Assembly: GCA_963733195.1 (NCBI GenBank)
Contig: CAVTCR010000046.1
Location: 1 to 44,989, forward strand
DNA: 44,989 nucleotides
DNA from: an uncultured delta proteobacterium
GTDB lineage: Bacteria > Desulfobacterota > Binatia > Bin18
Direction: 5' to 3'
Made by a program: the position numbers and the translations under genes. A model generated the notes under the pieces. The model saw nothing but the letters and a program-made list of their open reading frames with translations. It did not search any database and was not told the DNA's origin. Below, in pieces: positions 9,688-20,262 of the stretch; position 1 is the first letter of the stretch, and every line of letters starts with the position of its first letter.

Positions 9688-10347
9688 CTACGCACAGGAC
9701 GATGGACACGGTTGGACAAGCCCACGCAAAACCATGTCCGTCATTGTCTCCGCCATTTCTTCAACGGAAAACTCCTCTTGCTCAATCCACCACGATACTA
9801 CTTGTGCTCCTATCCCAACGAGGGCATTGGCAATTATCGGAACAGGTAACGAGCGAAACGCTCCTTGCGTGATACCTTCTTGTACTCTCTCCGCCGCATC
9901 AGCAACAAAGAGCGCATAGACTTGACGTAAGAGTTCATTGAACGCGTTACCGTGACCAAAGACAATCTTGAACAGCTCACGGTTAGTGTCAGCAAAACGA
10001 AAGAAAGTCAGGTTAGCGATACGAATCTTTTCAACCGGGTCGGTCACAGTAGCTCTAGCTGTGTCGATAGCGTTTTTGAGCAGACGGGCAGTGTCCTCTA
10101 CTAATTCAAGGAACAGGGCATCTTTGGTTGGATAATATAAATAAAATGTTCCAACGCCGATGTCGGCAGCGTGCGCAATATCAACGATCTTACTACCGTA
10201 GTACCCTTTCTCGGCCAGCACTTTCTTTGCCGCCAGTAAGAGATCCTGTCGGGTTTTTTCTTTCCGTCGTTCGTACCGCGAGAATGAAGTCAGGGCTGCC
10301 ATATGTCGAACACGCTTCCAGTAGTGAATTATCCTCTTCTCTGCCAT
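9688..10347 (-). CDS. TetR/AcrR family transcriptional regulator (start may be 10302)
   Basis: N-terminal HTH DIAHAADIGVGTFYLYYPTKDALF. Confidence 0.92.
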   Translation of the reverse strand: MAEKRIIHYWKRVRHMAALTSFSRYERRKEKTRQDLLLAAKKVLAEKGYYGSKIVDIAHAADIGVGTFYLYYPTKDALFLELVEDTARLLKNAIDTARATVTDPVEKIRIANLTFFRFADTNRELFKIVFGHGNAFNELLRQVYALFVADAAERVQEGITQGAFRSLPVPIIANALVGIGAQVVSWWIEQEEFSVEEMAETMTDMVLRGLVQPCPSSCA

Positions 10348-10442
10348 TCCTCAACTGCCTTCGGGCGAGCAAGCGAGGTCTGTTCTTTTTTCTGCAGCAG
10401 CGCTATAGCCAATTGTCAGGGAGAGCAGAAAGGGGTGTACTT

Positions 10443-11561
10443 GTGCAGGATGGAGAGCGGAGAGGCTTACAGTTAGGGTTGTTTATGCCTAACTGTAGCA
10501 ACATGTACGCAATCAGTACGTATCGATCCGAACTCGGAGTGCCAGACGAGTGGCCGTATGAGTCGAACAAGCAGATTGCTTTAGCCGCCGAAGAAGTAGG
10601 AATGCACTTTCTCTTTCCGGTTAGTCGTTGGCGTGGCTTTGGTGGTAAAACCAATTACCTGGGCACCTCAATGGAAACGATGACGTGGGCGGCTGCGCTC
10701 TTAGCGGTAACACGGTCAATTCATATCTACTCCACCGTTCATGTGCCGGTGTTCCATCCTCTTGTCGCGGCAAAAATGGGAGCCACACTCGATCACATCA
10801 GCAGCGGTCGTTGGGGTATCAATATTGTCAGCGGTTGGAGTAAAGGCGAGTTTGGCATGATGGGAATCGACTTGATGCCTCATGCTGAGCGGTATCAACG
10901 CACCGCTGCCTTTATCGAAATCTTGAAAGGCTTGTGGACACAGGCACCTGGAACCTTCGACTTTCACTCGCCTTGGTACAATATCACCGGAGGTTATCTC
11001 CAGCCGCAGCCGCTACGGAAACCACACCCGCCGATCGCCAACGCCGGAGTTTCAGCTGAAGCAAAAGATCTCGTTGCGCGATACTGTGATATCGCTTTCA
11101 TCGGACCGCCATCGATCGAAGCGTCTGGGGATATTACCCGTGAATTCAAGGAACGCGCGCAAAAATATAATCGCACGGTCCAGTGTGCCTGTTTTCCCTT
11201 TGTGTTGTGGCGCGAGACCGAAAAGGAAGCGCAGGACGAATGCCGTCGTATTATCGATCACATGGATAGAGAAGCGGTAGAAAATTGGGCTCGTGGCATC
11301 ATTTCTGACAATGGTTCATTCGATCAGTTTACGCTGGAGATGTTCACGCTTGGTGCCGGAGCTTTACCTGTAGTGGGCACGGCAGAACAAGTCGCTATGA
11401 AACTGAAACGCCTCTATGAGTTGGGGATGGATGGCGTCCTCATGGCATTTCTGTCATACTATGATGATACTGTGCGGTTTGGCAGAGAGATTGCTCCACT
11501 GCTCAAGCAAATGGGGGTACTGGCAACACCGCACGATGTACCACAAGCATTAGCTCGCTAA
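10443..11561 (+). CDS. LLM class flavin-dependent oxidoreductase (RutA/SfnG-like)
   Basis: RWRGFGG, HPLVAAKMGATLDHISSGRWGINIVSGW. GTG start at 10443 is estimated. Confidence 0.88.
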   Translation: MQDGERRGLQLGLFMPNCSNMYAISTYRSELGVPDEWPYESNKQIALAAEEVGMHFLFPVSRWRGFGGKTNYLGTSMETMTWAAALLAVTRSIHIYSTVHVPVFHPLVAAKMGATLDHISSGRWGINIVSGWSKGEFGMMGIDLMPHAERYQRTAAFIEILKGLWTQAPGTFDFHSPWYNITGGYLQPQPLRKPHPPIANAGVSAEAKDLVARYCDIAFIGPPSIEASGDITREFKERAQKYNRTVQCACFPFVLWRETEKEAQDECRRIIDHMDREAVENWARGIISDNGSFDQFTLEMFTLGAGALPVVGTAEQVAMKLKRLYELGMDGVLMAFLSYYDDTVRFGREIAPLLKQMGVLATPHDVPQALAR

Positions 11562-11589
11562 CGAAACACCCATAAGGAGGGAGTAACCA

Positions 11590-12486
11590 ATGGCAGGAGC
11601 AGAAATTACCAAACTCAAACAGATACTGCGAGAGAAAGCCCTACCGCCAGGAGCCCAGGTTACGCTCGAGCAACGACGTAAGGGGATGGAAAAAGTCGCA
11701 TTTCGCGTGGCAGAGGATATCGCAGTAGAACCCGTGACGGTCGCTGGTCGAGCAGCCGAGTGGCTTCGCGCTCCTGGAGCAAATGCGCAGCGAGCAATCC
11801 TCTATCTCCACGGCGGCGGCTACGTTATGGGTTCACCAAACACTCACCGATCGTTAGGAGGCGAAGTGTCACGAGCAGCACAGGCAGGAGTATTGATGGT
11901 TGACTACCGCCTTGCGCCGGAAGCACCGTTTCCCGCCGCGGTTGATGATGGAGTTGCCTCATTTGAGTGGCTTCTTGCTCAGGGTTTCAAGCCTCAGAAT
12001 TTAGCAATTGCTGGCGACTCCGCTGGTGGTGGTTTGGCGGCAGCGACCCTTCTGGCGTTGCGCGACCGCAAACTGCCGCTGCCAGGAGCGGCGGTGTGTA
12101 TCAGTCCATGGTCTGATCTAACCTGCACTAATGAATCCTATAAAACACGAGCCGCCGCTGATCCGATGGTCACTCCAGATGGTATCGGCAATATGGCAGG
12201 CCTCTATCTCCAGGGCAAAGATGCCAAACTGCCATATGCTTCGCCGAATTTTGCTAATCTCCGATCATTACCACCACTCCTCATCCATGTCGGTCGAGAT
12301 GAAGTGCTTCTTGATGACTCGATCAAACTGCACGAAAAGGCAAAGGCTGACGGCGTCGATAGCACCTTGGAAATCTGGGACGACATGATTCATGTCTGGC
12401 ATGCGTTTCACCCGATGTTACCAGAAGGCAAGCAAGGGATCGTTCGCGTTGGTGAGTTTCTCCGGGAGAAATGGGCGGCTGCCTGA
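11590..12486 (+). CDS. Alpha/beta hydrolase, HSL-family esterase
   Basis: HGGGY, DYRLAPE, GDSAGG and HVW motifs. Confidence 0.93.
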   Translation: MAGAEITKLKQILREKALPPGAQVTLEQRRKGMEKVAFRVAEDIAVEPVTVAGRAAEWLRAPGANAQRAILYLHGGGYVMGSPNTHRSLGGEVSRAAQAGVLMVDYRLAPEAPFPAAVDDGVASFEWLLAQGFKPQNLAIAGDSAGGGLAAATLLALRDRKLPLPGAAVCISPWSDLTCTNESYKTRAAADPMVTPDGIGNMAGLYLQGKDAKLPYASPNFANLRSLPPLLIHVGRDEVLLDDSIKLHEKAKADGVDSTLEIWDDMIHVWHAFHPMLPEGKQGIVRVGEFLREKWAAA

Positions 12487-12512
12487 TCCACAAGCATAGG
12501 ACCGCATGCATG

Positions 12513-12545
12513 AGACAAGGGGCTTTAGGCCCCTTGTCTGTTTTT
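12513..12545 (+). terminator. Intrinsic terminator between convergent genes
   Basis: AGACAAGGGGC-TTTAG-GCCCCTTGTCT followed by GTTTTT. Confidence 0.75.
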
Positions 12546-12556
12546 ACACTACTCGG

Positions 12557-13495
12557 TTACTTAATCGCCAACGCATTCAGCGGACTGCCAACCGCGTGTG
12601 GAATATTGAGCGGCGGTGCTACCCACAAGAATTCATACGCCCCGTCAGCGGCGCAGTCTTTTGCTAGCTCATCAAACGTAAAAATCTCTCCCAGTGATAA
12701 CCCGATGTCCCGAATCGCAATCTGATGGAAGGGAATAAACTCGCCATCAATTTCTGATGGGAGTCGTTCCACCGCAATGTTATCGACCGCGATACATGAG
12801 ATTTCTTTTTTGTGAATCCAATCAAGCGTGTACACCGACATGCCGGGCTGGGCATGAAAGTAGGCTTCTTTTTCATCGTGCGTCTTGAGTGAATACCAGT
12901 ATGGTACCCATCCAGTGCGCAGACACAACGCATCACCGCTCTTCACTTCTACCTTCTGCGCTTTGCTACAGCCATCAAGATCATCCGGGGTAATGGGATA
13001 ATCCTTGGGAAGATGACCATCCTTCTCACAGCCCTTGTATTTCACCATATCAAGCAACACACCACGAGTGACAAACGACTGGTAGAGTTTGCCAATATCG
13101 TTCCGGGCGGCACCACCATGGGCAGTCACCGCACTCGTCGGGGTATCGTTGTAGAACTTATTTTCGTAGCCAACATGGGCAAGACTATCCCACTGCGTTG
13201 AGCCCTGAAGATACATGGTGATGTAGTCATCGTTGGCGATGGCCGAGCCCGCTATGCCCACTTCTTTTACTGGCACATTGAGAATCGACATAAATCGCTG
13301 CGCTGGCGTCCGTGTAGGAAACACTGGGCCGACTTGGTCGATAGGAATACTGCAACAGAACACTCTTCCCTTCTTCACTAACTTCGCTGCAGCAACAATA
13401 ACTTCAGGGGTAATAAAATTCGCTGTGCCTTTTTCATCGTCCTTGCCCCAGCGTCCCCAATTGGTAACTTTTGACATCGCTTCACGTCCTGGCAT
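12557..13495 (-). CDS. Cyclase family (kynurenine formamidase-like) metal-dependent hydrolase
   Basis: NWGRWGKDDEKGT, STQWDSLAH, RGVLLD, RTGW and GSPLNALAI motifs. Confidence 0.9.
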   Translation of the reverse strand: MPGREAMSKVTNWGRWGKDDEKGTANFITPEVIVAAAKLVKKGRVFCCSIPIDQVGPVFPTRTPAQRFMSILNVPVKEVGIAGSAIANDDYITMYLQGSTQWDSLAHVGYENKFYNDTPTSAVTAHGGAARNDIGKLYQSFVTRGVLLDMVKYKGCEKDGHLPKDYPITPDDLDGCSKAQKVEVKSGDALCLRTGWVPYWYSLKTHDEKEAYFHAQPGMSVYTLDWIHKKEISCIAVDNIAVERLPSEIDGEFIPFHQIAIRDIGLSLGEIFTFDELAKDCAADGAYEFLWVAPPLNIPHAVGSPLNALAIK

Positions 13496-13669
13496 GGTTT
13501 CCTCCTCCTGGTTAGTTACAAATATGCCAGCCCTTATAGTTCGGTTTTGCTGGAAACGCTACGCTGATTCCGACTACTCCATTTTTCATTTTTAATTCTT
13601 CATTCTTCACTTGACGCTTTACCCTCCCTCTCATAAAAGCGCTTCAGTGTTCGCTTTAGGAGGAAACGT

Positions 13670-14881
13670 ATGCCTGGACCACTTGCTGGAGTGAAAGTCA
13701 TCGAGATCGCTCAAGAGATTCAAGGTCCGTACGCCGGATTATTTCTTGCTGATATGGGCGCCGACGTGATCAAAGTCGAAATGCGCGACACCGGTGACCT
13801 CAGTCGTTTCATGTTGGTCAAACTCATCGGCGGCGCAGACGCGCCACATGCCGACTTCAGTCATTATTTCCTCGCCATGAATCGTGGTAAACGAAGCCTT
13901 ACCCTTGATCTCAAGAAGCCAGAGGCCAAAGAAATTCTCTACCGCTTGTTCGATTCCGCCGATGTATTGTTGAGCAACTATCGACCTGGTGTGCTTGAGC
14001 GCCTGGGCTTTGGTTATGAAGAATTGTCCAAACGCAACCCTCGCTTGATCTACGCGAAGGGTTCTTCGTGGGGGCCAGAAGGGCCGTGGATGCAACGACC
14101 AAGCCGTGACACTTTAGCACAGGCAGCAGGCGGTCTTATGGCAAAAAATGGAATGCCGGATGATCGCCCTCTGCCTTGTGGAGCGGCGGTCGCTGACCAT
14201 TCGGGTGCGATTGCCCTGATGGCAGGGGTCCTCGCCGCACTTTATGCCCGAGAGAAAACGGGGAAAGGACAGACTGTTGATGCGTGTATTTACGGAACCG
14301 TAATCGCACTGCAGTCAATGGAGATGAATTTTACCGCGATTAGTGGTATCGAAACACGACGTGCCGGGCGTGGGCATCAGTTTCTGCAAGGCGTGTGGGG
14401 CTCGTTCAAGACTAAAGATGGCTGGATCTGTCTCGCTGGTGTCGATGACAAACGTTGGCCGAACTTCTGCCGGGTGATGGGCATTGAGCACGTCCTCTCT
14501 GATCCAGAGTATAGCGACAATGTCATTCGCAACTTTCGTGGCGTAAAAATTGAAAAGTTGCTTGATGAAATCTTCCCAAACAAGACAACCGAAGAATGGA
14601 TGAAGTTACTCACAGAGATCGACATCCTTGCCACCCCAGTGCAACAGTACCGCGACATTCTCGACAATGAGCAAGCGCTGCTCAATGGGTACATCACTGA
14701 GATGGATCATCCGCAGGTCGGCAAAGTCCGAGTGGTCGGTAATCCGATCAAACTGAGTGAGACACCTCTGCACACAAAAAATCCGCCGCCGGAACTCGGG
14801 CAACACAGCGAGGAAATTCTTTTAGAAGCAGGATTTTCGTGGGAAGACATTGCCGCGTTTCGCGATAAAGAGGTTGTCTGA
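13670..14881 (+). CDS. CaiB/BaiF family III CoA-transferase
   Basis: PLAGVKVIE, LADMGADVIKVE, NRGKRSLTLDLK, NYRPG and PELGQHSEEIL motifs. Confidence 0.93.
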   Translation: MPGPLAGVKVIEIAQEIQGPYAGLFLADMGADVIKVEMRDTGDLSRFMLVKLIGGADAPHADFSHYFLAMNRGKRSLTLDLKKPEAKEILYRLFDSADVLLSNYRPGVLERLGFGYEELSKRNPRLIYAKGSSWGPEGPWMQRPSRDTLAQAAGGLMAKNGMPDDRPLPCGAAVADHSGAIALMAGVLAALYAREKTGKGQTVDACIYGTVIALQSMEMNFTAISGIETRRAGRGHQFLQGVWGSFKTKDGWICLAGVDDKRWPNFCRVMGIEHVLSDPEYSDNVIRNFRGVKIEKLLDEIFPNKTTEEWMKLLTEIDILATPVQQYRDILDNEQALLNGYITEMDHPQVGKVRVVGNPIKLSETPLHTKNPPPELGQHSEEILLEAGFSWEDIAAFRDKEVV

Positions 14882-15016
14882 CAGGGGGAGTAATATGGCC
14901 ACGTGGTTTTGAAAGAGCATTGTCAATTGAGTCATTAAAACAATGAGAAAAATGACTTAGTGATCCGATGAACCCAAGTTCAATGGGAAGGGAAGGATCT
15001 GTAGGAAACGAAAGTA

Positions 15017-15735
15017 TTACTCGCAGAGTTGAGCCAACGTCAATAGCTCCGCAAGGCTCTTTACACTACAGTAATGCTCAGCTGTTGACCCTTTCCTTTG
15101 TCGATCGACTAAAACCGGAAAGAGCCCCGCAGCTTGAGCACCAGCAATGTCGGCATGTGGGCTATCGCCAATATGGAGTGCTTCTTCTGACCTTACATTG
15201 TGAGCTGCGAGCGCTTGCGCGAAAATCTTGCCTTCCGGCTTGGCTGCTTCGGCACGAGTAGAAATAACCACCGGATCGAAGAAGCGCGCAATATCGAAGC
15301 CCTCAAGCAACCCAAACAAACGCGAATCGAAATTCGAGATCACGCCCAGGCGAAACCCTCTCTTGTTGAGGATCGTGAGCGTCTGGATTGTTTCTGGATA
15401 TAGTTGCCACGCCTCAGTACGAGCAAAATAAGCAAAGAGCATGTCGAAATACTCGGTGAACCGAGGAAATGATCCGAGTGGAGCAAATACACTTTGCACC
15501 ACGTCACGCCACCATTTTTTTTCTAGGTCAAGAATGTGGTCAGGCGAAGCACCTGGAAACGCCATCGGAGGGGCCTCGACAAAGCAGCGACGAAACCCGG
15601 CTTCGAGGTCTTTGACAGATACTTCTTTGCCGTGCTCGCGGGCGATCCGTGCGTAGATCTCTCCAACCGAACCGTTCACCGTGAACAGGGTTCCGGCAGC
15701 ATCGAAGAAAATGACTTTGATTCGGTGAGGCGCAT
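15017..15735 (-). CDS. HAD-IA family hydrolase (REG-2-like; probable 1-nt indel at codon 2)
   Basis: Upstream in-frame IKVIFFDAAGTL (motif I), then ISNFDSR, KPE and HIGDS..ADI. Confidence 0.88.
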
Positions 15736-15846
15736 AGCAAAGTTAAGAGACAGTGGCTGGGTTCAAAGTTTAAGGTTTAAGGCTGGAATAATCCATGATG
15801 GAGAACGACGAGGTAAAAGATAGTGGCTTCCTCTTGAATTCATCGT

Positions 15847-17064
15847 TCATAATTTCTTCATGATTCCATCCATCGCCACCAGCAACGCTTCCAGGTCTCC
15901 GCGACTCGTATAGTAGTGAATCGAAATCCGCAGACCGCCAACCCCAGAGCAGTAACGCACAGTGGGATAGATGCGCTTAGTTTCAAGCGCTTGAGTTAGT
16001 TGATGGACACGTTCAGCGTCAGGAAACGGTTCGCAGGTGACGATGCCGGAGCGCAGATGATGAGCCGATGGTGTCCAGACTTTTATGTTTCGGCGCTTCA
16101 GCTCGTCAATCAAAAAATCCCCAAGTGTAATGATGTGCTCAGCCGCGGCATGCTGATCGAGACTGTTTACATAAGCAAGAGATTCCGAGAGACCAGCGGT
16201 ACCAATGGTCTTGGGCATCCCATGGGTCTCGAACCGCCGGGCATCTGAAGCCAGAGGCAACGAGAGAAACGGGGTGAGGTGTTGATCCCCGAGGTATCGT
16301 ACCCACCCACCAGCAGGTTCAGCAAAAGCAAAGAGCCCATGCGCAAGTCCAGGAGAAACTTTCTCCTGGATGCTCTGACGCACATAGAGAAGTCCTGTAC
16401 CAAACGGCGCATTCAGCCACTTCTGTGCGCCAGCAGCAAGAAAATCCACCCGGAGTCCAGAGAGATCAAGGGGAATCGCACCAAGCTGCTGAATGGCATC
16501 GACGACAAGAAAACAGTTATGCTCCTGAGCAAGTTGAGAGAATGCCGCAAGGTCCATCCGCAGACCGTTAATCCATTGCACTGAGCTCACGAGGAGGACA
16601 CGTGTCCGTTTGTCAATGAGCTTAGCGTAATCATCAACCGTGACGATGCCATTACGATGCCGAACTACGCGGGTTTCTACGCCATGCCGTTGCTGAGAAT
16701 GGGCGGCGCTCACGGCCACCTGGGGATATTCAAGGTCACACAGTACGATATTCTCGCCTTCAGCAAACGGGATAGCGGCCAGGGCAATGTTCAGCCCCAT
16801 CGTAGTATCGTCGATGAACGCAATCTCGCCAAGTGTAACATTGAGGAGACGAGCAGCTTCTTCACGGGCCTTGACCGACGATTCGCCGATGGCACGGTAG
16901 TAGGTTTTGTATCCCATCTCCGCCGGCCCTTGCCCAAGCAACGTCGTCGTACGGTGCACAGCATCAAGCGCAGTACGGGGCGGAAGCCCCACCCCTGCCG
17001 TATTCAGATAGACTTGTTGAGTGACTCCGGGAAAATCCGCACGAACCGCCTTGATGTCAAACAT
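15847..17064 (-). CDS. Class V PLP-dependent aminotransferase / cysteine desulfurase-like enzyme
   Basis: YLNTAGVG, VDAIQQLG, AGAQKWL (PLP lysine) and RISIHYY motifs; RBS before the ATG at 17064. Confidence 0.88.
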   Translation of the reverse strand: MFDIKAVRADFPGVTQQVYLNTAGVGLPPRTALDAVHRTTTLLGQGPAEMGYKTYYRAIGESSVKAREEAARLLNVTLGEIAFIDDTTMGLNIALAAIPFAEGENIVLCDLEYPQVAVSAAHSQQRHGVETRVVRHRNGIVTVDDYAKLIDKRTRVLLVSSVQWINGLRMDLAAFSQLAQEHNCFLVVDAIQQLGAIPLDLSGLRVDFLAAGAQKWLNAPFGTGLLYVRQSIQEKVSPGLAHGLFAFAEPAGGWVRYLGDQHLTPFLSLPLASDARRFETHGMPKTIGTAGLSESLAYVNSLDQHAAAEHIITLGDFLIDELKRRNIKVWTPSAHHLRSGIVTCEPFPDAERVHQLTQALETKRIYPTVRYCSGVGGLRISIHYYTSRGDLEALLVAMDGIMKKL

Positions 17065-17170
17065 TGCTCCCCTCCACATTAGTAGCATCGAGGAAGTCAA
17101 GGACAAGGGCAGCTTTATCCAAGCGCACGACGCACCCGACAATTCCTGACTCCGGACTGTTTGTTGACTG

Positions 17171-17737
17171 TTAGTGGTACATGACTTTTTCTTCAGACGA
17201 GCGAATTTCTTCGATGAGGCGTGTAATCGCTGTGCGCACTTGCGTCTGATTCTCGCGCAGGCGGCGTTCGACGTCTCGCAGTCGCTCACGGTCGCCACGT
17301 TTGGTCGCACGAAAATACTCGAGTTGAATCTCTAGACGCTCAGCTAATAAGCGATCGGTCCGTGCTAGCGACAACAGTCGGACTCGCCCTTTGCCTAGTT
17401 CATCAGCGATAGTCAGTAAGCGACTGAGCAGACCAGTGTGGAAGTTAGCGACATCAGAAAGCAGATCAGCCTCACGGCGAACTGGCCGAAGAAAGAACGC
17501 CTCAGCGAATGCCTGCATCGCACCGGCATGGTCCCCTTTTTCGAAGAGTTCATCGCCGCGGGCGCACCGCGCACTACAACGCTGAAACGCTGCCCGCTCA
17601 AAGACTCCACCGAATGATTGCGAAAAAGCTGAGATGAGGAGCTGCCCGATGTATACCACCACGCCTGCCGCTGCAATGCAGAAGATTACGCCGAGAACCA
17701 AAGCAACAGGAGAAATGGGGGGAGTAAAAGAAAACAT
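17171..17737 (-). CDS. Hypothetical membrane-anchored helical protein
   Basis: N-terminal TM segment, then one TPR-like helix pair and a coiled coil. Confidence 0.7.
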   Translation of the reverse strand: MFSFTPPISPVALVLGVIFCIAAAGVVVYIGQLLISAFSQSFGGVFERAAFQRCSARCARGDELFEKGDHAGAMQAFAEAFFLRPVRREADLLSDVANFHTGLLSRLLTIADELGKGRVRLLSLARTDRLLAERLEIQLEYFRATKRGDRERLRDVERRLRENQTQVRTAITRLIEEIRSSEEKVMYH

Positions 17738-17854
17738 CGCTATACTCAGACAATAAAAAGCATAGCAGAAAACAAGCGACAAGTCCCCAGCTCTTTCAGC
17801 AAGGAGGCACCTCGCGTCCATAACCAAACGAAACAGTGCTCTACATCAGAGTTT

Positions 17855-17963
17855 GGTAATGATTCAGTTTGCACGTCTTCGACTCATCCAGAGGAATTCT
17901 GACACTCGTTCCGTAGGAGCGTATGGCTATACGCCCCTACAAAGAAGAAACTGAACCATTACC
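17855..17963. mobile_element. 109-bp MITE with IS1-like terminal inverted repeats
   Basis: TIRs GGTAATGATTCAGTTT and AAACTGAACCATTACC (15/16 match); flanked by the 8-bp direct repeat CAGAGTTT (17847-17854, 17964-17971). Confidence 0.8.
17913..17940. repeat. GTAG-family REP hairpin
   Basis: GTAGGAGCGTATGGCTATACGCCCCTAC. Confidence 0.7.
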
Positions 17964-18019
17964 CAGAGTTTTCTTCCCTTTACCCAAGCATAGAGGGGGT
18001 TTATAGTGGCAGCGTTGCT

Positions 18020-18721
18020 ATGATTCCTCTACGCGACACGATCCCATCGAGCTCCTTTCCTGTAGTCACCATAGGGTTGATTGTTTTCAATACTCTCATC
18101 TTTCTCTACCAACGTAATTTAGGGGCAGGAGAAGAACGCTTCATACAGCATTATGGGTTCGTTCCTGCTGTGTATTTGCACACATCGCTGGCAGAACCGC
18201 TGAATTTTTCCGCCCGCTTTGGCCCGATGTTCAGCTCAATGTTTCTCCACGGTGGCTGGCTCCACCTCATCGGAAATATGTGGATCCTATGGATCTTTGG
18301 TGACAATGTTGAAGATCGTTTAGGAAAAGTCCGCTTCTTTCTTTACTATGTCGTAAGCGGACTTGCTGCTGTCTACCTCCACTATCTCACTGAGCAGACA
18401 TCCGGCCTTCCAGTGATCGGAGCGAGTGGGGCCATTGCTGGAATTATGGGTGGGTATTTTGTGCTTTTTCCTCGCGCTCGCATTCTCACGATACTGCCGA
18501 TTTTTATTTTTATACAGATTGTCACCATTCCAGCCGTCGTATTCCTGGCGCTGTGGTTTCTTGGTCAATTACTAAGTGGGGTAGTGACAAGTTCCGTGCA
18601 AATGCATGGTGGAGTCGCATGGTGGGCGCACATTGGGGGGTTCGTAGCTGGAGCACTCCTCATTTTCCTTCTTCGTCAATCCCCTCAGCAACTACCTCCG
18701 CCGTCGGAGAACGTGATCTAA
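18020..18721 (+). CDS. Rhomboid family intramembrane serine protease
   Basis: MFLHGGWLHLIGNM, GASGAIAG and AHIGGF motifs. Confidence 0.95.
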   Translation: MIPLRDTIPSSSFPVVTIGLIVFNTLIFLYQRNLGAGEERFIQHYGFVPAVYLHTSLAEPLNFSARFGPMFSSMFLHGGWLHLIGNMWILWIFGDNVEDRLGKVRFFLYYVVSGLAAVYLHYLTEQTSGLPVIGASGAIAGIMGGYFVLFPRARILTILPIFIFIQIVTIPAVVFLALWFLGQLLSGVVTSSVQMHGGVAWWAHIGGFVAGALLIFLLRQSPQQLPPPSENVI

Positions 18722-18766
18722 GACTCTTCGTCCCATTAGAGGGAAGACGAGTCGGATATACAATTC

Positions 18767-19693
18767 ATGCAACCAAAGAAATTTTATTCTGTCCTTTTGG
18801 CTCTTTCTTTCAGCATTGGACTTTCCTGTTCTGCGCTCTTCGCTGCCGACCCGACTCCCCAAACGGCAGATGAGTATGCGCGGCTAGGTGCCGCATTTCT
18901 CAGTGAAGGAAGGTGGGAAGATGCTATTCAGACACTGACCACTGCTACTAGGATCAACCCTCGCCATGCCGACGCGCAGGCGAATCTGGGCATGGCCTAT
19001 TACTTCAAAGGAAACGTCGGCGCAGCCATCCCTGCGTTTCAGACCGCACTGCGTATTGCACCAGATCGCATTGACGCTGCGCATGGCTTGGGGCTAGCAT
19101 TTTACGAGAAGGGAGACATTGACGGTGCAATCACTGCATTTCGCACTGCTGCACGACTCAACCCGATCTCCAATTACAACCTCGGGAATGCTCTTGAACA
19201 AAAAGGTGATAAAGCTGGAGCCCTCGACGCCTATAAACGTTACCTAGCAGCAACACCAAGCACACCCGAAGCAACGCTCTTTGGTGAAGCCGTAAAGAAA
19301 GGTACGATCCCTACACCAGCTGGTGGAACTGTCAAAGAGCATTTTCAGCGCGGACAGGCGCTCTTAGCAAAGCAAGACGCGAAAGGAGCAGTCAGCGAAT
19401 TTCTCGCGACGCTCAGGCTCAAACCGAATCACGCCGAAGCGTGCAATGCCTTGGGATTAGCCTTCCGCACCTCTGGTGATCTCGATCAAGCCATTGGCTC
19501 GTATCGGATGGCTCTGCAATTCGATGCGAAATTTTCCGCTGCATTCCGCAATCTAGGACAAGCATTGGAAGAACAAGGTGATGCTCTTGAAGCTGCTGCA
19601 ATGTATGATCGTTATTTGTTACTCGTCCCCAATGCTTCGGATACCGCACAGGTAAGAGAAAAGATTGCGCAGTTGCGTGCGACGGCGCCTTAA
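18767..19693 (+). CDS. Secreted tetratricopeptide repeat protein
   Basis: Signal peptide followed by multiple TPR units (NLGMAYY, NLGNAL, NALGLAF). Confidence 0.9.
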   Translation: MQPKKFYSVLLALSFSIGLSCSALFAADPTPQTADEYARLGAAFLSEGRWEDAIQTLTTATRINPRHADAQANLGMAYYFKGNVGAAIPAFQTALRIAPDRIDAAHGLGLAFYEKGDIDGAITAFRTAARLNPISNYNLGNALEQKGDKAGALDAYKRYLAATPSTPEATLFGEAVKKGTIPTPAGGTVKEHFQRGQALLAKQDAKGAVSEFLATLRLKPNHAEACNALGLAFRTSGDLDQAIGSYRMALQFDAKFSAAFRNLGQALEEQGDALEAAAMYDRYLLLVPNASDTAQVREKIAQLRATAP

Positions 19694-19743
19694 ATCAGAT
19701 CACACGCGATTCGTACAGGTGCCTCAATGTCAGGTGTTTTGAT

Positions 19744-20262
19744 TTAGGGTATCCGTTGCTCAATGTACTCACCAGCAAAACGGACGTAGTTCTCTGCAGT
19801 GCGATGGAGTGTGGCAATTTCTTCTGGTTTGAGTGGACGAACAACTTTGGCTGGACTGCCCAAGACCAGGGAGCGCGGAGGAATTTTGCTCCGCGGTGAG
19901 ACGACAGCACCCGCGCCAATTAAACATTCTTCACCAACCTCTGCTCCATCGAGGACAATCGCTCCCATTCCTACCAGGGTAAAAGCACCAATGGTACAGG
20001 CATGAGCAACCACGTTATGAGCGATCGACACTCCATCGCCAAGAATAGTGGGAATGCCACCACTGAAAACATGGATCGTGGCGTTATCTTGGATATTCAC
20101 GCGTGTGCCGATGCGGATATAGCAGACATCGCCACGCACAACAGCGTTGAACCATACACTTGATTCCTCGCCAATATGGACATCGCCGATCACTTGTGCG
20201 CTCTGTTGAATGTAGGCACTCGGACTAATCGTTGGGGTAATGCCGCGGTGGGTAATGATCAT
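19744..20262 (-). CDS. Gamma carbonic anhydrase family protein (YrdA-like)
   Basis: VIGDVHIG, VVRGDV, NIQDNATIH and hexapeptide repeats. Confidence 0.93.
   Translation of the reverse strand: MIITHRGITPTISPSAYIQQSAQVIGDVHIGEESSVWFNAVVRGDVCYIRIGTRVNIQDNATIHVFSGGIPTILGDGVSIAHNVVAHACTIGAFTLVGMGAIVLDGAEVGEECLIGAGAVVSPRSKIPPRSLVLGSPAKVVRPLKPEEIATLHRTAENYVRFAGEYIEQRIP

Noticed and set aside
10128-10442. Long N-terminal extension of the LLM ORF (similar cases at 17065-17310, 20263-20388 and 33519-33743)
   Set aside because: They overlap neighbouring genes; better starts lie at the domain boundary.
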